This document shows positions 29,803 to 40,059 of a stretch of DNA of 64,000 bases, one piece after another. Position 1 is the stretch's first letter, and every line of letters begins with the position of its first letter. Source of the DNA: an uncultured Candidatus Saccharibacteria bacterium (GTDB lineage Bacteria; Patescibacteriota; CAZHWT01). Position numbers and translations under genes: made by a program. The notes below the pieces were generated by a model. That model ran no database searches. It worked only from the letters and a program-made list of their open reading frames with translations, and had not been told where the DNA came from. Where the stretch lies: assembly GCA_964597145.1 (NCBI GenBank), contig CAZQWH010000001.1, positions 102,441-166,440 of the forward strand. Direction: 5' to 3'.

Positions 29803-30040
29803 GCGCTTCATGCAATATAAAAAACGCATGTATGCGGAAAGGGTAACCAAAAGTATGGGATTTTTTGATTTTTTAAAACCAGCAGACCCAAAGGCAAAAG
29901 GGGCAGCAACAAGCAATGTTAAAGCTAAAAAACAAGACCAGAATAATGACGACTACGAGGAAATAACCAATAACATTGCCGAAGTCGTGACTGAAGATGA
30001 TTCTGATGATTACGATGATGATGGTGGTGGAGACGACTAA
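29780..30040 (+). CDS. Hypothetical protein with poly-acidic C-terminus
   Basis: Ends EDDSDDYDDDGGGDD. Confidence 0.3.
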   Translation: MRIGQKYKRFMQYKKRMYAERVTKSMGFFDFLKPADPKAKGAATSNVKAKKQDQNNDDYEEITNNIAEVVTEDDSDDYDDDGGGDD

Positions 30041-30059
30041 AAAGCGCCATACTCGTCAC

Positions 30060-30581
30060 ATGTTAAACGACCAAGAGTTATTATTCACCGTCGACCACCA
30101 CAATCAACCCATCCAGCCTCAACCACGGTACCTGGTGCATCAGCATCAAATATGGCATCGAACAACCCATGTTTGGCTATACAACACCGATAAGCAAATA
30201 TTGTGCCAGCAACGATCTTTACTCAAAGATAAAAGTCCTGGCTTATGGGAACCATTTTTCGGTGGTCATTTGGCTCCCGGAGTGGAATATATTCAAGGCG
30301 CCTTGTTGGAACTGGGTGAAGAAATTGGAATTAAGCCACAGGCTAGCGATTTGCACCTGTATAAAGTGTACAAGCACCTCGTCAGCACCGAATTTCAGGG
30401 CGTGTTTCTGTATCAATGGGACGGAGAGCCCTCCACCTTAGTGCTGGAGCCAGATGAGGTGGAGCAGGTAAAACTTATGGCCTTAAATGATGTTTTAGTC
30501 GCTATGGAGCGCCAGGATGCCAATTGGTCGATTGCTGGCTATGCGGCTCAGATTCTGCGACACATCAGAGGTTTGGCCTAA
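30060..30581 (+). CDS. NUDIX-family hydrolase (IDI-like)
   Basis: Nudix-like GGHLAPGVEYIQGALLELGEEIGI. Confidence 0.55.
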   Translation: MLNDQELLFTVDHHNQPIQPQPRYLVHQHQIWHRTTHVWLYNTDKQILCQQRSLLKDKSPGLWEPFFGGHLAPGVEYIQGALLELGEEIGIKPQASDLHLYKVYKHLVSTEFQGVFLYQWDGEPSTLVLEPDEVEQVKLMALNDVLVAMERQDANWSIAGYAAQILRHIRGLA

Positions 30582-30889
30582 TGGCCACCAGTAAAGAAAC
30601 GGCTGAATTTATACTAGATACACTAGGCGATCGGGCTACTTTTTCCGTGCGACCAATGTTTGGCGAATACTGTCTCTGTGCCAACCGTAAACCAGTCGGT
30701 TTTATTTGCGATGAAACCTTGTTTGTCAAAATTCTGCCGGCCAGCCAACCTCTGGCTCATCAATGCGAGCAAGGCTCGGCCTATCCTGGTTCCAAGCCCT
30801 ACTATATGGTGGATGAATCCCTCCTGCATCAACCCGAGCTCGGCCAAATCCTCCTATCCATTGCCGAATCTCTACCAGCCAAGAAATAG
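30581..30889 (+). CDS. TfoX/Sxy N-terminal domain protein
   Basis: RPMFGEYCLCANRKPVGFICDETLFVKI matches the TfoX_N pattern. Its start overlaps the upstream stop (TAATG). Confidence 0.5.
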   Translation: MATSKETAEFILDTLGDRATFSVRPMFGEYCLCANRKPVGFICDETLFVKILPASQPLAHQCEQGSAYPGSKPYYMVDESLLHQPELGQILLSIAESLPAKK

Positions 30890-31028
30890 TCAAATTTTGA
30901 CATATTTATTCCTGAAGAGTATAGTCAAAACGTAGGACAGCGGTTCGATGTGTCATCGGACGCCTAGTGCGGCTACGAATTATCTAATAATTCGGGCCGT
31001 TTTTTGTTGGCCCGGGAAAGGCAACTCC

Positions 31029-31661
31029 ATGGCCAAGCAAACTCCCTATGTATCCCTTCCAAACATCCCAATAACGAGCCTTTTAGACCAGATGGTCAAC
31101 AACACGCAATCTAATCCGGTACGCAATGCCCTAGCCCTAGCTCTGGAATGGCATGCCGGTCAGAAGCGCAAGGGAAACGGGCAATCATATGTCGTTCACC
31201 CCATTCAGGTGGCTCTGCGGTTGGCTCAAGCTGGTTTTGACACCGAAACCGTCGCCGCTGGATTAGGCCACGATTTACTCGAAGATACCAACTGTCCACC
31301 TCAAACGATTGGCGATTTGTGTGGCAGCCGAGTATTAACCATTATCCAATCAGTCAGCCAGGATCCCAACTTGCAAAGCTTAGTCGACTGGGAGAAAAAG
31401 AAACAAAAGTACGTCGAGTCGGTCCGAAACGGGCCAGTTGAAGCCAAAGCGGTCTGTTGCGTTGATAAAATTTGCAACTTGCAAGACTTATTGGTGACGC
31501 ATTCCCAGATTGGTTCAGCCGTCTGGCAGCAATTTAACCGAGGTAAAGAGCAAAAGGCATGGTTTGAGCAGCAAGTGCTAATCATGCTGCAGCAAACGTG
31601 GGATCATCCTCTCATAGCTGAGTATGCTCAGCTCGTCAAGTTAGAAGAAACTTTAGATTAA
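31029..31661 (+). CDS. HD-domain (p)ppGpp-hydrolase-like protein (SpoT/RelA HD family, small alarmone hydrolase-like)
   Basis: VVHPIQVALRL ... GLGHDLLEDT is the HD motif of the RelA/SpoT hydrolase domain. Confidence 0.6.
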   Translation: MAKQTPYVSLPNIPITSLLDQMVNNTQSNPVRNALALALEWHAGQKRKGNGQSYVVHPIQVALRLAQAGFDTETVAAGLGHDLLEDTNCPPQTIGDLCGSRVLTIIQSVSQDPNLQSLVDWEKKKQKYVESVRNGPVEAKAVCCVDKICNLQDLLVTHSQIGSAVWQQFNRGKEQKAWFEQQVLIMLQQTWDHPLIAEYAQLVKLEETLD

Positions 31662-31748
31662 TTCATTTGCCTATGACTCAGGCTTTCTCTAGCACCGATC
31701 GTATGCTATAGTTCCAAAAAACGGAGAGATAGATACACCAAGAAAGGG

Positions 31749-32006
31749 TTGAGCATGAAAAACTGGCTTGCCGGCTTGCCGGTGTATGCCATGGCACTAT
31801 TTGCTGTGGCCATCGGATTTCGCCTGTTTGGAAATGTGGGCAGTGCTCACCTCCTCTCATCATTAGGATGTATTCCCCCCACTGCCCATTGTTGGTTGAC
31901 CTATGCTTCAGGAAAGAATGAGTTCTCATCTGGAATACCAGTCTTACCAATCGCGATTTACGTCACGGTCTTGGCCATCATCTACCCGATGGTCGTTACG
32001 GCATAG
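31749..32006 (+). CDS. Small hypothetical membrane protein
   Basis: Two TM helices, followed by a terminator. Confidence 0.35.
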   Translation: MSMKNWLAGLPVYAMALFAVAIGFRLFGNVGSAHLLSSLGCIPPTAHCWLTYASGKNEFSSGIPVLPIAIYVTVLAIIYPMVVTA

Positions 32007-32040
32007 CCAGCAAATTAAAGCTCGCCCCATTTTTTCTACA

Positions 32041-32066
32041 CCTCGCCTAAAACATGGCGGGGTTTT
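32041..32066 (+). terminator. Terminator cctcgcc-taaaacat-ggcgggg-TTTT
   Basis: Near-identical to the terminator at 32998. Confidence 0.55.
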
Positions 32067-32187
32067 CATCATTGTTGATTTAAAATTATATTATAAGCCT
32101 ATAGTTGTAATTATTCTTATTTTATGCTATAGTAACGGTCGAAAATTCGTGGTGCCGACAGCGAGCGGTTAAGCAAGGGAGAGTAGC

Positions 32188-32949
32188 ATGGTCTCAGCGC
32201 TTCGGAATTACGGCTGGGTGGTCGTCACCCTAGCCACCATGACGTTGTCCTACTTCGCCTACATCTACTTTTATCAGTGGATGGGCTACGAACCTAATGC
32301 CGTTACTCTGGCGGGGATGCTGTTGATCAGCATCTCGCTTCACGAGTTCGGCCATTGGCTCGTGATGCAAGAGTATGGCTTGCGGCCATACCTGGTCATC
32401 CTGGTTGTAATCGGCGCTGCTGCGCCGCGTGATACCGAGGCCTATGATCGATTGAATCGTCGTCAGCTAGCGACGATTTTGCTCATGGGTCCCATGGCTA
32501 ACTTCGTTTTGGTGATAGCCGGTCTATGTATGGCCAACTACACCGAGTGGGTGGCCTACGGCAACGCCTTGGCTAGCATTAACGCGGCGCTGATCGTCTT
32601 CAACCTCCTGCCGTTCGGCTGGCTGGATGGTGGGCAGTTCGCCAAGTTGCTGTTCGACAGTGTCAACGAGGTTACCGATCGCCGCATTTCGCTGATCGGC
32701 ACGGGCATCGCCGCCCTAATCGCCACCGTCGCCGTAGCCACCGGCTACTTCAGCCTTTACCCGGCACTGATGGTAATGGGCTTGCTGCGAGCGAGCAGCA
32801 AGGACAACCCCATAGCCTGGCGCGAATCTCGGTCTATGAGCTCCAATCGGAGCTGGACCATGTTTGCGATCTGGATCTTGATGTGGGGTGCCAGCTTGGC
32901 CCTCTACATATACCTCCCCTCCTGGGAGGCTCAGTATCCGCACAGCTAA
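32188..32949 (+). CDS. Site-2-protease family (M50) zinc metalloprotease, membrane
   Basis: HEFGHW within a TM helix plus a downstream NLLPFGWLDGG (LDG motif). Confidence 0.65.
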   Translation: MVSALRNYGWVVVTLATMTLSYFAYIYFYQWMGYEPNAVTLAGMLLISISLHEFGHWLVMQEYGLRPYLVILVVIGAAAPRDTEAYDRLNRRQLATILLMGPMANFVLVIAGLCMANYTEWVAYGNALASINAALIVFNLLPFGWLDGGQFAKLLFDSVNEVTDRRISLIGTGIAALIATVAVATGYFSLYPALMVMGLLRASSKDNPIAWRESRSMSSNRSWTMFAIWILMWGASLALYIYLPSWEAQYPHS

Positions 32950-32997
32950 ATCGTGCGCGACAGTTGTCTGAATAAACTTCGACAGCCGCGCTCGTTA

Positions 32998-33024
32998 CCC
33001 CGCCTGAAACATGGCGGGGTTTTT
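32998..33024 (+). terminator. Rho-independent terminator ccccgcc-tgaaacat-ggcgggg-TTTTT
   Basis: GC stem plus T5. Confidence 0.7.
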
Positions 33025-33144
33025 CTTTAGATTGACAAGATGTTTGGCCCTCACTATGCTAAAAGGTATGAGCGGCCAAACCTAGCTAGGTCGATAATGG
33101 GTTTGCAAAAGAGAAAACGAATAGTAATAAGTAGGGGGTACGCA

Positions 33145-33507
33145 ATGCCGGTAACGACAGTAAATGAATATTTACAAGCAGTTCCAGCGCAATCACAGGC
33201 ATATTTAGATCAGCTACGCGCTATAGTTAAAGCGGAAGCACCCGAGGCGACCGAGGTAATTAGCTATGGCATTCTAGGCTACAAACTTCCGCAGATTAAT
33301 CGGGCGTTTGCCTATGTTTCTGGATTTACCAACCACGTTAGTATTTACCCAATCCCCGCCAATGTACCAGCCAATATTGCAATAGCCATAAAACCATACA
33401 TTGCCGGCAAAGGCACGCTCAAATTTAAGCTAGATCAACCATTGCCCCAGGAGCTTGCTCAAAAAGTTATTCAGGCGTTATATCGTCAAGCCAAAGTAGG
33501 GCCTTAA
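33145..33507 (+). CDS. DUF1801/YdhG-like protein
   Basis: VNEYLQAVPAQSQAYLDQLRAIV ... ISYGILGYKL pattern, with RBS gtaggggg. Confidence 0.45.
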   Translation: MPVTTVNEYLQAVPAQSQAYLDQLRAIVKAEAPEATEVISYGILGYKLPQINRAFAYVSGFTNHVSIYPIPANVPANIAIAIKPYIAGKGTLKFKLDQPLPQELAQKVIQALYRQAKVGP

Positions 33508-33540
33508 ACAGGGGACGATGGTAGATAGTACCAATCACAA

Positions 33541-34917
33541 TTAGTCTGATTTGGCTGTTTGGTTTTGAATCCCTACGGCCGAAATAATTCCACCCAGCAA
33601 TAACAGGCCAGCTGTCACTAAAAGACTACGGTGAAAACCACTAACATCGAGCGATGTCCCTATAATCACACCAATAGTTGCAATAGCCAGTAGTCCAGCA
33701 ATCCGAGACACGGCGTTATTAATTGCCGAACCAATCCCAGCCTGCTCATAGCTAATAGCATCCAAAACAGCGGTGGTGAGGGGTGCAACGGTTATAGATA
33801 GGCCGACAGCAAAAAGTATAATACCCGGCAGCAAGGCAACGTAGTCAACCGACTGATCCACGCCCAGCATAGTCATAAAACCAATCGAGCCCACAATCGG
33901 TCCGGCGGCCATAAACCAACGCGGACCATACCGGCCAGCCAGTGTCCCAAATCGAGAAGATAAAAAGAACATAATAATAGTAATCGGTATCAGTGTCAGC
34001 CCGGCTTGGGTGGCAGAGTAACCGCCAACTTGTTGCACAAAGATCGAAATGATAAAAGTAGCCAGCGATAAACCAGCATAGATCAGCAACGTTGCTAGAT
34101 TGCCAACCCAAAAATTGCGATGAGCAAATAAGCCTAACGGTAGCATCGGTTGAGGTGTGTGCTTTTCTTGCCAGCCAAATGCGAATAAAGATAGCGCACC
34201 AACGGTAAAAGGCATATAAATGAGTGGGTGCAACCACCCGTAATGCGATTGCTCAATCAGGGCAAAAACAACGCCACCCAACCCAACCACGCATAGCAAC
34301 GCTCCCCCTAGGTCAAGTTTTATCCGCTTGTGTACCAAAGGGTCTAATTGGATCTGCCTCAGTAACCACAAGGTGATGACTACGGGAAGAGTATTAATAG
34401 CAAAAATCCAGCGCCACGAACCTGCATCCACCAGCAAACCGCCAACCAATGGCCCAACAATAAAAGCAATACCCGTCCACCCCGTCCACGTTCCAATAGC
34501 TTTTGCTCGCAACTGACCAGTAAAGGCCGAAATAATAAAAGCTAAAGAGCTAGGCACTAAAATAGCTCCGGCTACTCCCTGGAGAGTGCGGGAAACAATT
34601 AAAAACTCTGCTATCGGCGCAACCGCACACAGCAACGAGGTTACACCAAAGCCGAGCAAGCCAAGTATCAGCATACGCTTACAGCCCCACAAATCAGAGA
34701 GCGAGCCGGCAATCAACATGAAAGCCCCCAGACTAATCAGGTAAGCATCTACCACCCATTGCTGGATAGAGAGATTACCACTAAATTCATCAGCGATTGC
34801 TGGGAGGGCCACATTAACTACCGACCCATCTAAAAAGGCAATAAACGACGCCAAAATGCTCACCCACAACACGAGTTTTTGTTGTGTATCCATATAGTTC
34901 ACTATACTCCCAGTCAC
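33541..34917 (-). CDS. MFS transporter (DHA2-like, 14 TMS)
   Basis: About 14 TM helices, with MFS motifs GxLaDrxGrkxxl-like ([10 protein letters not shown]). Confidence 0.8.
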   Translation of the reverse strand: MTGSIVNYMDTQQKLVLWVSILASFIAFLDGSVVNVALPAIADEFSGNLSIQQWVVDAYLISLGAFMLIAGSLSDLWGCKRMLILGLLGFGVTSLLCAVAPIAEFLIVSRTLQGVAGAILVPSSLAFIISAFTGQLRAKAIGTWTGWTGIAFIVGPLVGGLLVDAGSWRWIFAINTLPVVITLWLLRQIQLDPLVHKRIKLDLGGALLCVVGLGGVVFALIEQSHYGWLHPLIYMPFTVGALSLFAFGWQEKHTPQPMLPLGLFAHRNFWVGNLATLLIYAGLSLATFIISIFVQQVGGYSATQAGLTLIPITIIMFFLSSRFGTLAGRYGPRWFMAAGPIVGSIGFMTMLGVDQSVDYVALLPGIILFAVGLSITVAPLTTAVLDAISYEQAGIGSAINNAVSRIAGLLAIATIGVIIGTSLDVSGFHRSLLVTAGLLLLGGIISAVGIQNQTAKSD

Positions 34918-34992
34918 CAGATACAGCTAGGACGGAATAATTTGACACTAGAAGGACTGCATCCCTATACTGAGGCCAGAAGACTGCCTGCT

Positions 34993-35562
34993 ATGGAATC
35001 AATTGATATCCCTCCTAAATATAAATACGCGGGAACCACCCCGCCTTCAAAATTAGCTGTTTTTCTCAAGCAGCGCTGGATGCTGGTAACCAGCTTAATA
35101 ATCTGCGCGGTAATTGCTTTAAGTCTTGGCACAATCGTCTGGGTTTTGGCTCAACCAGCCCCCGAATCCTCGCACCGAAGCACCATTAACCCACCTACGC
35201 CAACGCCAACTGTTAGACCTTCAGCAACCCCAACTCCGACGCCAAGCCCTACGCCAACCCCAACCCCGACATTAACTCCCACTCCCACCCCAACTCCGTC
35301 GCCAACCCCTACCCTCAACGCCAATATTACGCCATACACAGCAGCCGACTGCAGTGGAGCTAAACAGGTGTATATTTCTAATCCCCATGGTGCACCTGCT
35401 TCAATCCAGCCTCCAGGCAGCTGGCACACCGTCCGAACCTACGAGTATGGTCAAAAAATAACCGTTTTCTGCCAGATTGGCACCACCGATTATGCGCCAG
35501 AGTATGCTCTGGTTAATGACACCTATATTGCCACTTCCGACCTATCCACCACCAAACCGTAG
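34993..35562 (+). CDS. Membrane-anchored protein with long PT-repeat linker
   Basis: TM helix, then about 50 aa of (PTPT/PSPT)n, then a C-terminal Cys-containing domain. Confidence 0.45.
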   Translation: MESIDIPPKYKYAGTTPPSKLAVFLKQRWMLVTSLIICAVIALSLGTIVWVLAQPAPESSHRSTINPPTPTPTVRPSATPTPTPSPTPTPTPTLTPTPTPTPSPTPTLNANITPYTAADCSGAKQVYISNPHGAPASIQPPGSWHTVRTYEYGQKITVFCQIGTTDYAPEYALVNDTYIATSDLSTTKP

Positions 35563-35789
35563 TTGGTAGAGAGTAGACCCTCCCTCCCCATCATTCCCGC
35601 GCCCTAAGCCCTGAGCAGAGTCGAAGAGAAAGCGGAAATGACAATATAAGTACCAAAGGCCTGACCCCTAAAACGTATATACGCCCGTATATACGTTGGC
35701 CAAAATAACTCAGATAAATGATGGAAGGGTAGTGTGTAGGGTGGGATAGGAAACTAGAAGGCAGAAGGCAGAAGGCGGGATGATTAAAT

Positions 35790-35945
35790 ACAAAATTAGA
35801 AATTCGAAATGAGAAACAAATCACAAGCTCGAAATCACAAACACTAACCAAAAACCCGATATACGATATACGATCTTCGAATCCCTCCCGTCATCTCGCC
35901 TGTCCGCCTCTGGCGGAAGCAACCGCGTGGCGATCTTCTCTTTCT
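35790..35945 (+). repeat. Composite intergenic repeat (AT-rich tcgaaat module plus cgtcatctcgcctgtccgcctctggcggaagc module)
   Basis: Homologous to 9514-9735, 27822-27958 and 59436-59470. Confidence 0.65.
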
Positions 35946-35980
35946 CATCAAGATAGCCACAGTCGCTAGTACTTCTTATT

Positions 35981-36160
35981 CAAGCCTAATCCTTCAACCA
36001 TGAGCTTGAGACTGTCAAATGGGCGATGAACCCACGAGAGATCAGAGTCCAATGGCTTCGCAATACCGCATCCCGCATCCTGTATCCCGACACCCGACAC
36101 CCGACACCCGACACCCCTCCCGTCATTCTGGAACGAAGCGTAGCGAAGAGATAGAATCCC
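35981..36160 (+). repeat. Repeat element copy 1: cctaatccttcaaccatgagcttgagac module, internal (CCGACAC)4 microsatellite (36087-36114), then gtcattctgg module
   Basis: Aligns with 42109-42385 except that the internal microsatellite there is (CAGCATC)7. Confidence 0.7.
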
Positions 36161-36234
36161 TCCACTATGCACCGCTCAAAGTCCACCTCACCTGATAGCC
36201 ATGTTAAAAGATATATACAGAGATAAATACAAAG

Positions 36235-36264
36235 AATTATATAATTAATTATATAATTAAATTT
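36235..36264. promoter_or_regulatory. AT-only double palindrome, copy 2
   Basis: aattatataattaattatataattaaattt, identical to copy 1, upstream of the 36468 ORF. Confidence 0.6.
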
Positions 36265-36467
36265 ACTGAATAATTTGCATCAAAATTACTCCTTTAGGCT
36301 CAAAAGAAGTACTAGGGTAGCATCAATTAACCCCAGCAACGAGCAAGACGAGAACCGTCCTAAATTACGACAAAAAGACTTATAGTATATTCTTGGAGGT
36401 AAAAATATGGTATGATTACAATTACAAGCGAGTGGCCATTTGTTCGTTGACCTGGGAGAGAAGCACG

Positions 36468-36746
36468 ATGGTGGGAATCATTGCGATTTCGGATGAAACA
36501 ACCGAAATTTTGCAAGAGTTTCGCGACAAGTTCGACCAACTCAATCAGCCAGTCGGTATCGATATTAGCGCTGACCAGTTGCTGGAGCAGATTGCAGCCA
36601 TAAACACGCTGCGTAGGCAAGTCGATGACTGGAATATAGAGCAGCTCGATCAATGTAATCAGGCCGATGCCATGATTGCGTCGAGTGATCTGCTAGAGAT
36701 CATCGAGGCCGCCATCAACGACCGGTACGACATTTTGGCTGGCTAA
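36468..36746 (+). CDS. Hypothetical small acidic protein
   Basis: ORF downstream of AT palindrome copy 2, followed by terminator 36777-36804. Confidence 0.4.
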   Translation: MVGIIAISDETTEILQEFRDKFDQLNQPVGIDISADQLLEQIAAINTLRRQVDDWNIEQLDQCNQADAMIASSDLLEIIEAAINDRYDILAG

Positions 36747-36776
36747 CAGGCAACTAACTTGTCCGGCTTAAACCAA

Positions 36777-36804
36777 GCCCTGCCGTTTTAGGCGGGGCTT
36801 TTTG
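36777..36804 (+). terminator. Terminator gccctgcc-gtttta-ggcggggc-TTTTT
   Basis: Stem with one mismatch and a T-run. Member of the GGCGGGG family. Confidence 0.55.
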
Positions 36805-36889
36805 CTTTTTACCTACGTACGTATTTGAATTACCTAAACCTGCATTTTATAATTGACCAGAATGGCGTAGGCACTATAGGAGAGCCACC

Positions 36890-37285
36890 ATGAGCCTTAA
36901 GCACAAGTCCATTCATTCCGGATGGAAGCGGCAAAACGCAGAGACTAAACAGTCGCCAACCAAGGCCAAGCAAAGCCAACTCCAGCGTCTAGAGAGCCAG
37001 TCACTCGTGCTTTACTGTAGGCCCGATACCATATCCAACCAAGATTGGCAACGAATCGAAGCCTGGATACGGCAGACCGTGCCATGCCCTGGACACAGGC
37101 TTCAGGTACTCATCTATATTTGCACCTGTCGGCAGTCGCCTAAGCCTCTTCAGCTGCGGTTAACCCACGAATTAGCCGGGATAAACGCCAACCAGCGGTC
37201 CCGAGTCAGCTTGCGCCAGCATAACCACCAGAACCAGCTGGTGCGGCTGGAAATTATTCTACGTCAAACCGTGCGCCTGGCTTAA
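36890..37285 (+). CDS. Hypothetical basic protein
   Basis: 131-aa ORF with an aggagagccacc RBS. Confidence 0.4.
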   Translation: MSLKHKSIHSGWKRQNAETKQSPTKAKQSQLQRLESQSLVLYCRPDTISNQDWQRIEAWIRQTVPCPGHRLQVLIYICTCRQSPKPLQLRLTHELAGINANQRSRVSLRQHNHQNQLVRLEIILRQTVRLA

Positions 37286-37339
37286 GCCAGGCGCATCCCG
37301 TCTTTTAATTAATAGCAGGAGTTACGAAACTATTCTTCA

Positions 37340-37462
37340 GTAGCAGTCATGCTGGAGCCAAAGGTGATAGCTCTCTCATGAGAGCTGTAGGGGGATCCTA
37401 GGTGTTAAAGCACGAGCCGGTGCGCGTCTATTAAATACGCTATGCTCCAGAATGACCACATC
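37340..37462 (-). repeat. Repeat module gtcattctggagc...gtatttaatagacgc...ggctcgtgctttaacac (minus-strand copy)
   Basis: Reverse complement matches 42274-42385 and 59288-59352. Confidence 0.6.
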
Positions 37463-38091
37463 TGGAATATTGTAGTTATCTCTGCATCAGTTTCGTAATC
37501 CAAGCTAGTGCGTAACTATTCATGATTCCCAATAAAATCATCTAAAGTAATGCTTTGTTGTTGAACGAGGGAATAGTGTTTGGTAGAGTAGAAAAACTCG
37601 TGGATAGATTCACGCGACGAGCCGGAATGGATCGCCAAAAGGCTGACCACCGAACCCATGTTCGTGATGATTTCCTCGAGTTAGGGGATGGGGTGGCGGT
37701 ACGCTGCCAGCATGCGTCTAAGAGCCGAAGCTCGAATAGGGTAGAAGCCCAACCAACCGTGCGTTGGTAGATACTACCACCCTTCCCCGTATCGGGGGAC
37801 GCTGGGCGACCAGCTAACCTCGGGGGTGGATAACCTCCATCCAAGGTCTGTGCTCCAGCCGATCAGCCTAGCTGATTTAGGGTAGCAGACCACCACCCCG
37901 GTACCCATGAGGTTCCGGGGTGATTTTCTTTCTTTTTACAAATTAGCAAGCCACGTAAGGGTCTCTTTGATGCATTGAACGACTAACTATAATTCATTGA
38001 GTAAATCCACACTTGGTTGACAAGTAATCAGCTCAGGTTTAAACTCCGAAAAAGCTTCAGAAACTCGACGTTACCCAGGAGAAAGAGACTC

Positions 38092-38661
38092 ATGAGCAAA
38101 CAACCGCCGCCGATTAACCTGCTTAATCTGGCCGAAGAGTTTGCGATGGCCATAAGTTTACTACCCGGTTTTGAGTCGTGTACGGAAGGCCAGTGGGAAG
38201 AAGCTGACCAAGAAGTGTTCCCCACCGTGACGACAGCTCAATTTGGGTATGTTGAGGATGTACAGATCAGTGTGGCGCAAACTAGGATGGGTGGTACTCA
38301 GATTAGTTTTGTACTAGACCATCCCATAGACGAGGATGATTTTCTGGTTGGAGTGACTTGGCGGTATCATTCGATCAGTCAAGTTGACCTTGATACAGAC
38401 ACGGTGCAATTGCCCGTTCGCCTTCGGATTGAGGGCAACTACGAGGCTTTATTGGCTCATGATGCTATGTTGCGGGCAATTAGGCTAACCGATGATTTGT
38501 TGTCGGGGTTGCTGCTGAATGATGCCAAAACTATTCTTAGCAGCCCGATGCTCGACCCGCAAAAAGGAGACATGAATCAGAATATAAACTGGGGGCTTTC
38601 CCCAGCAGAGCAACGGCACTTTTTCTTTAGCTTTTACACACGGTTGGCGACAGTGGTGTAG
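38092..38661 (+). CDS. Hypothetical protein
   Basis: RBS ggagaaagag, and terminator 38708-38735 downstream. Confidence 0.4.
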   Translation: MSKQPPPINLLNLAEEFAMAISLLPGFESCTEGQWEEADQEVFPTVTTAQFGYVEDVQISVAQTRMGGTQISFVLDHPIDEDDFLVGVTWRYHSISQVDLDTDTVQLPVRLRIEGNYEALLAHDAMLRAIRLTDDLLSGLLLNDAKTILSSPMLDPQKGDMNQNINWGLSPAEQRHFFFSFYTRLATVV

Positions 38662-38707
38662 CTTGCCGGTGCCCCTTAATGAGCTTTGAAGCGCAGCAGT
38701 CTTTTGG

Positions 38708-38735
38708 CCCCCGTTGGGAACAACGGGGGATTTTT
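38708..38735 (+). terminator. Rho-independent terminator cccccgttg-ggaa-caacggggg-ATTTTT
   Basis: 9-bp stem plus T-run. Confidence 0.7.
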
Positions 38736-38934
38736 ATGCGTTATAACGTACAATTTTATTCCTTAAATAGGAGAACTGTAGTTTTATAATGTGAAATCCA
38801 GGAAATGTTCTAAAAATGATTCAGGCCAGCCAAACAGTGATTTTCACTGTCGGGCTGGCCTTTGTGTATCTGACTAGGCTCGATTTTGGAGTCTAGCTAG
38901 ACGTGCGTGCGCATTTTGCGCGTTAGTGTTGTCT

Positions 38935-40002
38935 CTATCCTTCTGGTTTAGTCGCCTCCTCGGTTGGAACCGGATTAGCTTGGGTGTTGGGGATAGACAC
39001 CCCCACCTTGCCAGTATCACCCACAACGACGGTGCAATTGGCACCGGCCTGAACACAAGCCTCAACAGTGTTCAGATTGCCCAAGACTTCCTCGGTATTT
39101 TCCCCGTAGAGGATATGGGCACTGTCGTAGTTCATCTGATTGAGCACCAATCGTCCGGCTGGAGTCTGATACTCATCCGGGGCCACCATCACCGATGTAA
39201 TATCGACTCTGATGTCAGCACAGATGAACTTGTTATCATCGCCTTCGCCAGGACGATCAGGGTGCTGCCAACCCGAAGTGTGGGAACCGCAGATGATATC
39301 GGTATCAAATCCCAGTGTCGTTCGCAGCTCGGCCGCAAAGTTCGTAGAGATTTGATCCTCCAGCAGTTCGATCTGCTCCAGGGAGTTCTTGTACCAAATG
39401 TCATCACTGACATGAAGCATCCCCTTGTTGGCTGCTCCCAAGATAGCGTAGGTAAAGTTCTCCACTATGAATCCACTCCAGCCGACCGTCGCAAAGTTCT
39501 GATTCTGCGCGGCTGGGTCATACGCCTCAGGGCTGGCGCAGGTGTATTTCAGGCACTGTTCCCAAAAGTCCTCCATGGCCGCCCGGTCTTGATTGAGCAT
39601 CCAGTAAATGCCGCCGGTGATGAAGAAGTTGACGCCACTTTGAGAGGTGACCAGCAATGGCTTGTGGTAATCTCCGATGCGAATGCCATCGAGGTAGTAC
39701 TCGTCACCGTTGTTGAAGAGAAAGTTCCGGCCGTTACAATAGACGAACCAAGAATCTTCGCCATCGTCAACGGTGTAGTTGTCATCGTTGGGATAGACGA
39801 CATCATGGATGTTGCCATCATCACCGCCTTTGCTATCTCCAACAATGTAAACACAATTAGCTGGCGGCGCGCCTTCGCTGGCCGCAACCGGGTTGCTACA
39901 AGCAGAGAGTGACATCAAGACCAGCAACAGGATGCTGATCACTTTGTAACGTCGAGGCAGAAGTGTCCGTTTCACGTTGTTACTCCTGTGATTTATGCGC
40001 AC
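38935..40002 (-). CDS. Secreted lipoprotein, Asp/Asn/Tyr-rich, hypothetical
   Basis: Lipoprotein signal with lipobox LSAC. The same-size ORF on the opposite strand was judged antisense. Confidence 0.5.
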   Translation of the reverse strand: MRINHRSNNVKRTLLPRRYKVISILLLVLMSLSACSNPVAASEGAPPANCVYIVGDSKGGDDGNIHDVVYPNDDNYTVDDGEDSWFVYCNGRNFLFNNGDEYYLDGIRIGDYHKPLLVTSQSGVNFFITGGIYWMLNQDRAAMEDFWEQCLKYTCASPEAYDPAAQNQNFATVGWSGFIVENFTYAILGAANKGMLHVSDDIWYKNSLEQIELLEDQISTNFAAELRTTLGFDTDIICGSHTSGWQHPDRPGEGDDNKFICADIRVDITSVMVAPDEYQTPAGRLVLNQMNYDSAHILYGENTEEVLGNLNTVEACVQAGANCTVVVGDTGKVGVSIPNTQANPVPTEEATKPEG

Positions 40003-40059
40003 CGCAGTTGCGGCTAGACTACCGGAAAAACGATCGCGAATACCTCCCTTCGTGCCGAC

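Noticed and set aside
33845-34237. 130-aa ORF on the minus strand, frame-shifted within the MFS gene
   Set aside because: It is embedded in a well-supported MFS transporter CDS on the same strand in a different frame, with no independent support.
35151-35429. 92-aa ORF (GVGVGV...) on the minus strand
   Set aside because: It is the antisense reading of the (PT)n linker of gene 34993-35562.
35966-36186. Two small minus-strand ORFs
   Set aside because: They lie inside the repeat element and microsatellite, and their amino-acid repeats derive from (CCGACAC)n.
37542-37844. ORFs 37542-37844 (minus) and 37555-37770 (plus)
   Set aside because: They overlap each other in a GC-rich, hairpin-rich non-coding stretch, have no RBS, and have low-complexity products.
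38926-39912. 328-aa ORF on the plus strand
   Set aside because: It fully overlaps the minus-strand lipoprotein gene, which has a canonical lipoprotein signal and RBS. The plus-strand product has a V/I/D-rich composition typical of antisense translation of a D/N/Y-rich gene.
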